A stretch of DNA of 64,000 nucleotides from a virus (Duplodnaviria; Caudoviricetes), in the IMG/VR virus record IMGVR_UViG_3300049988_000124, positions 96,001-160,000 of that record; one strand, 5' to 3'. How positions within the stretch are numbered: the first letter of the stretch is position 1; every line of letters begins with the position of its first letter. Made by a program: the position numbers and the translations under genes. This document shows, piece by piece, positions 52,490 to 61,240 of this stretch. Under the pieces are notes generated by a model. It was not told the DNA's origin. It did no database searches and saw only the letters and a program-made list of their open reading frames with translations.

Positions 52490-53096
52490 TAGGTAACCTC
52501 CTTTGATTGCCCTCGATCACTATCGTGGGGGAAGTCGATCCCTCGATGATCACTCCCTCGAGTTTGTCGAAGATTTCGCACCAGTCAGCATATTGCATGC
52601 AACAATCAGCGTTATCACTAAAATCATCCGGCTTGATCACCGTTTGAACGTGACGAAAGACGCCGTGTGGATCAACATCGTTACCAAAGATAATCGCTAG
52701 GTTTCGAGTGATGTTGGTCGGGCAAGTGTGCTCGTTGATGTAGTAATCTTGACCCTCAAGTTTGAGAGTGCCGTCATTACTGAACATATGTGAGTAAAGA
52801 GGCTGATCGAAGACGAAGTAGATCTGTTCCTTACCTGGCTCATCATAACCAGGATAGGCGATCTTCAAGAGCATTAGACCTTGACGCTGTCTTGGTTTAT
52901 CAGTGGTCTCGATAGAGACATTGTTGTTCTCATCCACCTCGCCCTTGATGTAGATACCACAATGCTCACAAGGCCAAGGACCAAAAGAACGTCGCACGCC
53001 TTCGAAGAGATGATCGACTTGGAAAGTATCCGTTGCCCCGCAGTCGGGACAAGGAATGAATACCCTGGAGACGACACATGGTTCAATCTTGATCAT
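52473..53096 (-). CDS. Zinc-ribbon protein with conserved EHTCPTN/DPHG domain
   Basis: CPDC and CEHC pairs; likely start MIKIEP at 53096 with GAGGAG SD. Confidence 0.7.
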   Translation of the reverse strand: MIKIEPCVVSRVFIPCPDCGATDTFQVDHLFEGVRRSFGPWPCEHCGIYIKGEVDENNNVSIETTDKPRQRQGLMLLKIAYPGYDEPGKEQIYFVFDQPLYSHMFSNDGTLKLEGQDYYINEHTCPTNITRNLAIIFGNDVDPHGVFRHVQTVIKPDDFSDNADCCMQYADWCEIFDKLEGVIIEGSTSPTIVIEGNQRRLPSGRQN

Positions 53097-53109
53097 GATA
53101 AATTCTCCT

Positions 53110-53496
53110 CTAACACTTACCTTGTGGTTCATCTTGTTCAGATACAAGACCATAGCGACTATTGACTCGTTCTAATCCAGATGCACTTACTTTTGATGCA
53201 AAGTAAGCGATCATCCTTCTCATGCGAGACAATAGGTCGTCTTCATCTGCGATATTGTTGGAACTAAATCCCGTTTTGGTACCCTCATCGTCTTCGTCGA
53301 CATTGATGAAGACTTTGTATGTTTTACCGGTATCGGATTCGGTTACATCGCCTTCGAATGACAACGAGTTTCCCGAACCATCTCCTTCGAAAGTTTCCTC
53401 TCGATTAAGTTCTTGTAAAAGGAACCCGAGTTTGATAGAGAGGTGTCTAAAACGTTGTTCACCATCTGGAGTAGTCTGAAAGCTAGTCTTTGTCAC
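53110..53496 (-). CDS. Hypothetical acidic protein
   Basis: 128 aa, GTG start, AGGAGG SD. Confidence 0.65.
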   Translation of the reverse strand: MTKTSFQTTPDGEQRFRHLSIKLGFLLQELNREETFEGDGSGNSLSFEGDVTESDTGKTYKVFINVDEDDEGTKTGFSSNNIADEDDLLSRMRRMIAYFASKVSASGLERVNSRYGLVSEQDEPQGKC

Positions 53497-53498
53497 AT

Positions 53499-53918
53499 CT
53501 ACCTCCTCTGATTAGTTTCGATCATGATGGTTGGAGATGTGGATTCCTTGGTGATCTCTTCGCTCTCACGACTCTCCACCTCAACCGTATCCCAATCTTC
53601 TTTCAACTGACCTATGGTTAGGATAAGTGGAACTGGAGACTCAGGGTTGAACTGACGATGGGTAAAATCATAAGTGAGATCACCGACTCGAACAACGTAG
53701 TGGTTGTAAAAATCTTCATTGAACCATATCTCATGGATATTTGGAAAAGGTTCCCCCATCCAATCCATTAGGTGGATCAGTTCACTTTGGATGCCATATT
53801 TGTCTAAGTGGTCCATGAATTGCAAAGAAACATGGTAACACTCGCCTGCAATGTCGTCAGCATTGAAGTCAGGTGTCCAAGGAAGCTCAAACGCATCAAT
53901 GAGTTGTTGTTCTATCAT
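53499..53918 (-). CDS. Papain/transglutaminase-fold protein (Cys-His-Asp triad candidate)
   Basis: AGECYHVS..F, NHYVVRVG, YDFTHRQF; likely start MIEQQ at 53918 with GGAGGGAG SD. Confidence 0.55.
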   Translation of the reverse strand: MIEQQLIDAFELPWTPDFNADDIAGECYHVSLQFMDHLDKYGIQSELIHLMDWMGEPFPNIHEIWFNEDFYNHYVVRVGDLTYDFTHRQFNPESPVPLILTIGQLKEDWDTVEVESRESEEITKESTSPTIMIETNQRR

Positions 53919-54023
53919 TACTCCCTCCGGTTCCAAATATCTCGACCCAACCAATCAAATCCAAAGGCTCTACCTAAGCAGAGCCAGAGGATCGGAAAGA
54001 TCAGTAACCAAATAGGAATAGGA

Positions 54024-54542
54024 TCACCCATGACGACTTGGCAGCATCTTGAGATCGTAAAGGAAATCATCAGGGATCATGCCATTCTCAAATGAGTGAT
54101 GGTAACCCTTCTGCTCTTTGCGATTAGCCGGAGTGAAGAACTCAATCCCTGTGGCGCAGTAACCAGTGAACGTACCAAGATCCACTCGCTCAATCTTGAA
54201 GCCCGCTTGGACCATCTGATTGATTCGGGTAATCATCTCATTGTAGCGGCGGACCAGGTCGGTCACCTGTGCTGGCGTGAACGCACGCTTTCCCATGTCG
54301 TTCGTGTTCACGAACGTATTAGTGGGCGCTTTGTTACGCACGAACGAGAAGCGACAGATAACACTGTCCTGGTTGCTACCCAGAGGATTCATCGCTTGGA
54401 CAAGCATCTCCTCGAAGATATCAGCAGAGAGAAATCCAATGTGGTCTTCACGCCGGAGATCTAGTTCTTGATTACTGTCCGCCACGATTATTCTCCTTGA
54501 CTTAAACACTTGGTCAAAAAATAAAGCAGGAGGGGGTACCAT
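54024..54542 (-). CDS. Hypothetical protein
   Basis: Up to 172 aa; the listed start lies inside a hairpin, so the true start is probably further downstream. Confidence 0.6.
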   Translation of the reverse strand: MVPPPALFFDQVFKSRRIIVADSNQELDLRREDHIGFLSADIFEEMLVQAMNPLGSNQDSVICRFSFVRNKAPTNTFVNTNDMGKRAFTPAQVTDLVRRYNEMITRINQMVQAGFKIERVDLGTFTGYCATGIEFFTPANRKEQKGYHHSFENGMIPDDFLYDLKMLPSRHG

Positions 54543-54550
54543 CCCCTCCT
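54528..54550. terminator. GA-arm hairpin
   Basis: AGGAGGGG-GTACCAT-CCCCTCCT with a T-rich tail on the minus strand. Confidence 0.6.
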
Positions 54551-54572
54551 ACTCTATCAGGTCACTATTTGG

Positions 54573-56426
54573 TTACTGCGTAATCCCCAGGCTGGGTACA
54601 TTCTTGTACGCCATGATCACGGCATTGCCGTTGCGCTGATCATCGATCGTGGTGAACACGTCGACGGCCTGAAGATACTGGTGCGGATCCACGCCGTACT
54701 GGACGGCAAAGATCGTCTGGTCCACCGGAAGGAGTGCACTCTGATACTTACCAAAGCGCTGCATCTCCTTCTCGTTGTACTCCTTAGGATCAGCCATATA
54801 GTTCTTGAACTGATCGGTGGGATGCACCTCAGAGGCGTAGGGCTCAACGGAGATCCGATCAAGACTCGACTGGTTCGGGTCACTGAAGGGAAGACCGCAC
54901 TGGGCCATGTGGAAGATATCAGCAATCGGGGTACTGATGAGCTTGGGCTTCTTATCCAGGCTCGGCAGGATCGTCTTGTTCGTGACGTTGGTGATGACCA
55001 CCCGCCTGCGCGACAGAAGGTAGGTCTTCTCCACCAGGACCTTGTCGTTCAAAGCCTTCATGAACTCCGGTGCATCCGGACTGTCGGTAACAGGGATAGC
55101 GAACTTGTTCGGGTACACGCCATCAATCGAGTAAGGGAAGGCAGGTGACGACTGGATCGCGTGCGTCGGGACCGTCTCACCATCCTCGAACATCACGTCC
55201 ACGCTCTTAACAAGAGCGTTCCAGATCGCATTGGAGACAATCGTCTCCAGTTTGTAGCGACCATCTGGATGATTGGTGAACGAGCTGGTGTACGAGGACG
55301 ACAGCAGTTCATTCAAGTCATCGAAGGTCGTGATCTGAACCGACGTACCAGGCTTGGTCGACAAGCGGAACGCCAGGTAGAGGGCACGGTTGACGTGCTT
55401 GACTAGATAGTTGGTCAGTGCTCGGTAGGAGCCCATCTGCATCGTCTGGAGCTTGTTGATCAAGTGCTTGTGAATCATCCCGTCGGGATCATTCTCCACG
55501 GCCTCGATGCACTTGTCACGAACCTGGATGAAGTCCTTGGTGGGAACATCCAGAACATCCAAGTGATTGTAATTGACGATGTAGAAGAACACCGTTCCCA
55601 GGAGTGAGTTGGGTGCTACGGCGTAGAAGTCACGCAGGACCTGCATCGGATCATCGAGGATTTCCTGATGATAGGAAATTGCTGCCTGTACCGTGAACTG
55701 CTGATCACGCGTCTTGAAGTCGATCCGCTCACCGATCATGATGCGATCGTCCTTGGCACGCTCGCCTGCCCAGCTCTTCTTGGCCGTGACGTTGGAGAAA
55801 GCGACATCTCCGTCCGGCAGTGTGTCCAGAGGATTGGTCACGTACTCAACTGCTGGAGTGAGTGGTGCTACTGGGAGTACCGGACCGCCGTTCGGTGCAT
55901 CAGGAGCAAACACCGACTTACTCGCAGTCGGGGTCGGGGTGAAGTTGGTCTTGGAAGGGAGATCATCACCGAGGTGTGATCCAGCCATGGGACGCTGCGG
56001 CTGACCACCGAAGTTGCCACCCTGCCTGCCGCCTTGTGAGAAGATCGAGCCACCACCGATGCCACCACCGAACATGCCCCCACTACTGTTCATCTGAGGC
56101 TGCATCTGATAGCCGTTGAAGCCACCAAAGGTCGTGTTCTGCGCCATGCGCTGCTTGTACTGGTTGAAGATGTGCTCGACGAACTGTCCCACGACCTGGA
56201 ACAACTGATCCTGATTGATCTGTCCACCGCCATTAGGGTTGACCTGTCGACCATAATTCACGACGTGGTTGAAGAGACCTTGCGCATTTGCCATGGTCTG
56301 CTGGTTGTTGGGCGTGAAGTCCGACATGAACACCCTAGCAAAGTCAGCACCGACGTTAGCGATGTTGGCCTGGAGGATGTTGTGCGCTGCTTGAAGGATG
56401 TTGTTGTAAAAGACGTGATCGAACAT
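54573..56426 (-). CDS. Conserved phiKZ-like protein downstream of nvRNAP gp123 (gp122-like by synteny)
   Basis: 617 aa; helical N-domain, Gly/Gln-rich linker, large C-domain. Confidence 0.55.
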   Translation of the reverse strand: MFDHVFYNNILQAAHNILQANIANVGADFARVFMSDFTPNNQQTMANAQGLFNHVVNYGRQVNPNGGGQINQDQLFQVVGQFVEHIFNQYKQRMAQNTTFGGFNGYQMQPQMNSSGGMFGGGIGGGSIFSQGGRQGGNFGGQPQRPMAGSHLGDDLPSKTNFTPTPTASKSVFAPDAPNGGPVLPVAPLTPAVEYVTNPLDTLPDGDVAFSNVTAKKSWAGERAKDDRIMIGERIDFKTRDQQFTVQAAISYHQEILDDPMQVLRDFYAVAPNSLLGTVFFYIVNYNHLDVLDVPTKDFIQVRDKCIEAVENDPDGMIHKHLINKLQTMQMGSYRALTNYLVKHVNRALYLAFRLSTKPGTSVQITTFDDLNELLSSSYTSSFTNHPDGRYKLETIVSNAIWNALVKSVDVMFEDGETVPTHAIQSSPAFPYSIDGVYPNKFAIPVTDSPDAPEFMKALNDKVLVEKTYLLSRRRVVITNVTNKTILPSLDKKPKLISTPIADIFHMAQCGLPFSDPNQSSLDRISVEPYASEVHPTDQFKNYMADPKEYNEKEMQRFGKYQSALLPVDQTIFAVQYGVDPHQYLQAVDVFTTIDDQRNGNAVIMAYKNVPSLGITQ

Positions 56427-56455
56427 GGGGTTTAGTCCTTCAACTATGAATTAAA

Positions 56456-56482
56456 AGGGTGATGCTACAAGAGCATCACCCT
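56456..56482. terminator. Hairpin
   Basis: AGGGTGATGCT-ACAAG-AGCATCACCCT after the 56498 stop, T-rich tail on the minus strand. Confidence 0.7.
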
Positions 56483-56497
56483 GAATGGATATGGTAG

Positions 56498-58051
56498 TTA
56501 TCGAGGAAGTGCTGCCTTGATCCGGTCAATGTCAGCAGCATAATCTGGATGGGTAATAGCACCGTTACGGTCCGTTGGAACGTACGGGTTCAGATACCCA
56601 GTGCGACCAATCGTCTTACCGACGAAGGCATTGATTGATTCGCCCACCACCATGGAAGGGTGAAGACGCTGCTCAGCGCGACCACCCATGCGGATCTTAC
56701 TGAGACCACCTGCGAGCAAGTAATTGTCGCTGACAATTTCAGGCGGAGCCACGTAATCCTTGTCCTCGTCGGGACGCGCTGAACTACTGTGGCGGAACAT
56801 CATCGAGTTGATGCGCAGCGCTAGCTTTACATCACGCAAGGAGATGTTGGAACGCTTGGCCAGCGGATAAATCTGCTTGGTCATGCGGGTGCCGTAGGAC
56901 TTTACCAACAAGCCGTTGGCGACGTCCATGCGAGAATTGTAGAGATCTTGGACCTGGTTGTTAACCATGAACGAGTCAATCTCGCCGAACACGTAGACGA
57001 GCAGATCGTAGATGTCATCGATCATCACGCCGAACGCCCGCAAGCGGTCACAGGTCATGGGATCGATAAAGGAGTCAACCGAGTTCAGATGCGACTCTGC
57101 GTTACTGTGGGCTTTGGGACCAGCGGGATCGGGGAAGAGAATAACCCCGAGCATGATCTTCCAAATATAGCCATCAACGTACACATTGTCGATATCTTGA
57201 ATACGAAAAGCAGTGAGCGTGTAAAGAAGGTTAACGACGAACTTCTTGATCTGGTCATCACCCAGCATCGTCTTCCTGACGCGCAGGTAGAGACCGGGAC
57301 CCTGCTCGACCTTGTCGTCGTACTTCCTTGCAGCGAAATACTCAAAGGCGTCAGTGTCCTGACCGACCTCGGTGGTGAAGTCGATGTCTTTCTGGTTAAG
57401 ACCGAATTTCAGCAAGGTCTTGGTGAAACCGAACTTGGCCAACATGTAGTGAACAAGCGTGGTCTCGCAAACCTTGTTGGCGATCGCACCGTGGAAGAGC
57501 CTGGAAGTCACCACGAAGTGATCGTAGTAGGCACCAGAATTGTAGGACTGAATCTTGAACACAATCTTGCGATTGAACGTCAAGTTCACGCGGATGGGAG
57601 AGACGGACATGCCGTCTTTGTCTTTCTCACTAACGCGCGAGAAGGTCTGCTCCAGGATGACCTTTCGGATCATGGAGTATTTATCACGGATCATCAGCAT
57701 GTCGTTGAACATGTAGGGCATGTAGAGATGAACCGGTAGGTGGTGTTCACCAAAGCGCACGTTGTAGCGTACCAGACGCATGTGCGTGACGGTAAGTGGG
57801 ACTTTAGCACGTCCCGCAGACTTACTCGAGCCAGACGTTAGCTCGTGGAGGACCGTCTCCTCCGGACTCAGGATAACAGGATCACCCACTAGTTCCAGCT
57901 GATCACCGACGAGCTTGAAGCCCTCTCGGAGAACCATGGCTGGGAAATGGGGTGACTCATCGATGTTCTCCTTAACAAAACCTCGCAAGGCGAAGTCGTT
58001 GAAGGGGGGACATTCATCCGAGACTTCCTTAACCAGATCATCAAAGGTCAT
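56498..58051 (-). CDS. Non-virion RNA polymerase beta N-terminal subunit (phiKZ gp123-like)
   Basis: PPFN, SPEE, RYNVRFGE..LYMPY, TTLVHYMLAKFGF, ESHL.S.D.FID, DLY pattern of the gp123 family. Confidence 0.8.
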   Translation of the reverse strand: MTFDDLVKEVSDECPPFNDFALRGFVKENIDESPHFPAMVLREGFKLVGDQLELVGDPVILSPEETVLHELTSGSSKSAGRAKVPLTVTHMRLVRYNVRFGEHHLPVHLYMPYMFNDMLMIRDKYSMIRKVILEQTFSRVSEKDKDGMSVSPIRVNLTFNRKIVFKIQSYNSGAYYDHFVVTSRLFHGAIANKVCETTLVHYMLAKFGFTKTLLKFGLNQKDIDFTTEVGQDTDAFEYFAARKYDDKVEQGPGLYLRVRKTMLGDDQIKKFVVNLLYTLTAFRIQDIDNVYVDGYIWKIMLGVILFPDPAGPKAHSNAESHLNSVDSFIDPMTCDRLRAFGVMIDDIYDLLVYVFGEIDSFMVNNQVQDLYNSRMDVANGLLVKSYGTRMTKQIYPLAKRSNISLRDVKLALRINSMMFRHSSSARPDEDKDYVAPPEIVSDNYLLAGGLSKIRMGGRAEQRLHPSMVVGESINAFVGKTIGRTGYLNPYVPTDRNGAITHPDYAADIDRIKAALPR

Positions 58052-58095
58052 GTAGAACCGCTCCTCTTTGCCTGGCTAAGAGGTAGGACCGATTC

Positions 58096-59493
58096 CTACC
58101 CCATGGATATTCGTACGTTGTATTTCTTCAGAAGCGCAAAGAGCGCCAGGAAGCCTCCTGTGATAGCAGTTGCGATACCCCACCCGGACTTCATCATGTC
58201 CGCGACGTACTTATACATGGTGGCTTTGTGGCTCAAGACCATCCCAGTTGCCCTGTGGTCTTGTTCGGTTCGGTCATTCTCCAGCTTGACCGACTCATTA
58301 CTGAGCTTGGCATCCTCATTGTCCAAACTCTTCATCACAAAAGCAGTACTCATGCGGGCATCCTTGTGATCAAGAATCTCCTTGATGGTTTTCTCCCGCT
58401 CGTTGACATCAGCGGTAAGCCGCTTCTTGTCCGCACGAAGCGTGATGTTTTCTTGATCCTTCTCCTGGATCGCAGCTTGTTGCAGATCCAAGGTACGTCT
58501 AAGGGTTGTGATCTCCTCTTTGAGCATGGGGTCACCACTGCGCTCGGCTAGGAACAACTGCTCGTCATGGAAGCGTTCAATCGATTTGCGCTGAAACACA
58601 TAGTCACGGTGTCGCGACTCTGAAGCAAACAGCGCCATGCCGTAGAACTTACCAAACATTGTGTCACGAAGATCAGCATCGAGGACTGTTGCCCCCAATT
58701 TACTAAGCTCCGTGTACGTAAACCGGAATTCGCCCTTGGCTGCCAGATGAAGATTCTCGATGACAAATTCATCAGGACCTAGAGTCGGGTCGAACACCAA
58801 GTTATCATAAGCAAAAGGAACAAAATAATGATCCAATATGGCGATCCGCATTTCCTTCACGACATCTGGGGCTTCGCGGTGATGATAGTCAAAGCCTGTA
58901 CGCACTTGAATTAGGTCTTGACGCTTGATGCAATATTCCACCAGACTCTTGTACTGGTGGTAGATAGCGGTGGGGTCCTGAATGATAAGGGAGGAAGGAA
59001 GGTTAACGATTGCCTCGTCGTGACGGTCAGCAACGTCGCGTGCGATCAGCTCTCGCGTTGCCTCCAGGTTCGACTCGGTCGTCAAGTAACAGTCGAGCTC
59101 GTCGATAAAGACACTGCCCTGGTTGAGCATGGAACCCGGAATCCGGATCTCTGACTTACTCACCTGAACAGGCTTGCCCTTGGTGCCGTAACTGGAAGGA
59201 TTCTCGCTATTGTGGATCTTGATAATCACGTAATTGCGCTGGTCATTGCGCGGACGCGTATTATCTTGAATAAGCGACTTGATCTTGGTGGGCGTCGAGC
59301 GCACGTTGGCACCCAGCATCACCGACTCGGCCATGTAGTTCTGGACCGAGATCTTCAAGTTAAAGCCAGGGTTCTCCATTGAGATAACACGAGGATCACT
59401 CTCGTAATCCTTGGCGGTGGGCTCACTTTGGTAACTGAACCTCGGCACGTCCGAGCTTCGATCAAACCGTTTAAAGTTGATGTTGTCGAACAT
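58096..59493 (-). CDS. Early protein with coiled coil and C-terminal membrane anchor
   Basis: 465 aa; heptad-rich 330-420 region, C-terminal GWGIATAITGGFLALFALL; first gene after the 59546 promoter motif. Confidence 0.7.
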   Translation of the reverse strand: MFDNINFKRFDRSSDVPRFSYQSEPTAKDYESDPRVISMENPGFNLKISVQNYMAESVMLGANVRSTPTKIKSLIQDNTRPRNDQRNYVIIKIHNSENPSSYGTKGKPVQVSKSEIRIPGSMLNQGSVFIDELDCYLTTESNLEATRELIARDVADRHDEAIVNLPSSLIIQDPTAIYHQYKSLVEYCIKRQDLIQVRTGFDYHHREAPDVVKEMRIAILDHYFVPFAYDNLVFDPTLGPDEFVIENLHLAAKGEFRFTYTELSKLGATVLDADLRDTMFGKFYGMALFASESRHRDYVFQRKSIERFHDEQLFLAERSGDPMLKEEITTLRRTLDLQQAAIQEKDQENITLRADKKRLTADVNEREKTIKEILDHKDARMSTAFVMKSLDNEDAKLSNESVKLENDRTEQDHRATGMVLSHKATMYKYVADMMKSGWGIATAITGGFLALFALLKKYNVRISMG

Positions 59494-59545
59494 GATAAAA
59501 GAGCTCCTCAGCTTTTATGTTCTGGGTCGAGGAAAAGACCCGACT

Positions 59546-59564
59546 AATCACTTGAGTAATATAG
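59546..59564 (-). promoter_or_regulatory. phiKZ-type early promoter candidate
   Basis: Minus strand CTATATTAC-TCAAGT-GATT; heads the unit containing the nvRNAP subunit, which must be made early. Confidence 0.7.
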
Positions 59565-59580
59565 CGGTTAACCTTGCTTG

Positions 59581-59614
59581 AGTAAGAGGGAGGGCTGATA
59601 CCCTCCCTCTTACT
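59581..59614. terminator. GA-arm hairpin
   Basis: AGTAAGAGGGAGGG-CTGATA-CCCTCCCTCTTACT. Confidence 0.8.
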
Positions 59615-59620
59615 GGTTGA

Positions 59621-61228
59621 TTAGATTGTTTTGAGTTTTCCATCAGCACCCACACCCATGGACCGACTCTGGAAATAGTCCGTCATGGTAGAGCTCTGAA
59701 AGACCGCATTGGTGAAACCAGGATTGATCGCGGGAATCAATGCTCCGTTGTAGACCGGATACTGACTCGTTGATACACCCGGTACCGTCATGGCGTCCTT
59801 GGTGGTAGTGCCGAGCTTCGTAAACAACCCATCCACGGTAGTTTTACTACTGGCTGATAGATTGGGGTTGGTGAGAATACTGATGCTCAGATCAGGAGTG
59901 TTGAGCGACTGGGGCGCATCGATCTTGTCAATGACGCTACCTGCGATCCCCACCTGACTACCTACCACGTTACCGAAGATCTGACCAAGGAGCTGCTGGC
60001 CCATCGGTGAGGAGGCACGTGAACAGTTGAGAAGATCCTCAACCAGGTCAACCATACCCTCGAGTGCTGCCAAGAGCAGACCAAGACCAAACAAACTATC
60101 GGCTTGATTGGCGGACATATAGTCCTGATCACGAACTGCGCAACCAAGACTGCGAACCACGTTCAAGATAGCATTAGCAGTGGTGGAATCCACTCCCGAG
60201 TTATTCGTGTTGACAACAGAGCCGTCTTCACGAATAAGGGTGTGGGCTGCATTGGTGACGAAGAATGATGACAGATTGTCTGACCCAGTAGCAGCCGCGA
60301 GCGGTGACACTGTAGCGTTGAACTCTAGTAGATCATTCGACGAGGCTTTCTTGGTCGAGTCCTTGGTGACCTGACCCATGATCTGCTTAACACCGAACTG
60401 TGATCCACGCCTGATTGCTTCATTAACGAGAAAGCCACCGAGGGTTTCCTCGCTCTTTCCAAACAGATCAATAGCAGCGTTTCCAACAACTTGACCAAGC
60501 GCGTTACTGAAAAGACCGGTTAGCTTCTGCTTGGTGAAAACGTTCGCTACTGTTCCAGGTAGATTCTTTAGCTGAGAAATGTCTGACTTGAAACGAGAAG
60601 CGAGAGTGAGAAGGTTGGTGCCCGTCATCTGACGAGATCCACTACCTTGTGTCACCGTACCACTCGTGATCGGTGCAGACCCTGCCTGGATACCCGTTAC
60701 CCGGAACGATGTCGCCACTGGGCGCTTAGGGCTCAGGAGCGTACTGGAGACAGGATCTGAGATCTGGGTAGGGACAGTGGATTCAGAAGAAACATCGCGG
60801 TTCTTGAACACACCAGCGAACCGGTTGCTGATCCCTGAGGCAAGACCGTTTGCAGCTTTGTCAAAAGTTCCGAGGCGAGACTGAAGGGCTGAGCGAAGAG
60901 ACCCAACCAAATTACCAGCAGTTTTATCAAGGCCAGTTAGACCAACCAGCGCCTGGACTGGCGCAGAGCTAGCAACAGAGGCAATCTTACCGGCACTACC
61001 GAGCACCCCTGAGCCGAGCAGCGCAGCACCACCGCCCAGCGCCAGTCCACTGACTAGGTTGCTGGTGTTATTGGCACTGATGGCTTTCTTCAAGGAGGCA
61101 GAAGCACCGGTGTCAATGGTAGTTAGGTTGATGTTCGTACTACCGACGGCTATGTTGGGAGTGCCCCCGATGGGTGCCACTTTGGCGAGGGTTTTGTTAT
61201 TGGTCGAGGAGGGTTGAATGAATGCCAT
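59621..61228 (-). CDS. Ser/Ala/Gly/Thr-rich putative virion protein
   Basis: 535 aa, low-complexity N-half, co-transcribed with the vRNAP subunit; AAGGAGGGAG SD. Confidence 0.6.
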   Translation of the reverse strand: MAFIQPSSTNNKTLAKVAPIGGTPNIAVGSTNINLTTIDTGASASLKKAISANNTSNLVSGLALGGGAALLGSGVLGSAGKIASVASSAPVQALVGLTGLDKTAGNLVGSLRSALQSRLGTFDKAANGLASGISNRFAGVFKNRDVSSESTVPTQISDPVSSTLLSPKRPVATSFRVTGIQAGSAPITSGTVTQGSGSRQMTGTNLLTLASRFKSDISQLKNLPGTVANVFTKQKLTGLFSNALGQVVGNAAIDLFGKSEETLGGFLVNEAIRRGSQFGVKQIMGQVTKDSTKKASSNDLLEFNATVSPLAAATGSDNLSSFFVTNAAHTLIREDGSVVNTNNSGVDSTTANAILNVVRSLGCAVRDQDYMSANQADSLFGLGLLLAALEGMVDLVEDLLNCSRASSPMGQQLLGQIFGNVVGSQVGIAGSVIDKIDAPQSLNTPDLSISILTNPNLSASSKTTVDGLFTKLGTTTKDAMTVPGVSTSQYPVYNGALIPAINPGFTNAVFQSSTMTDYFQSRSMGVGADGKLKTI

Positions 61229-61240
61229 GGTTCTCCCTCC

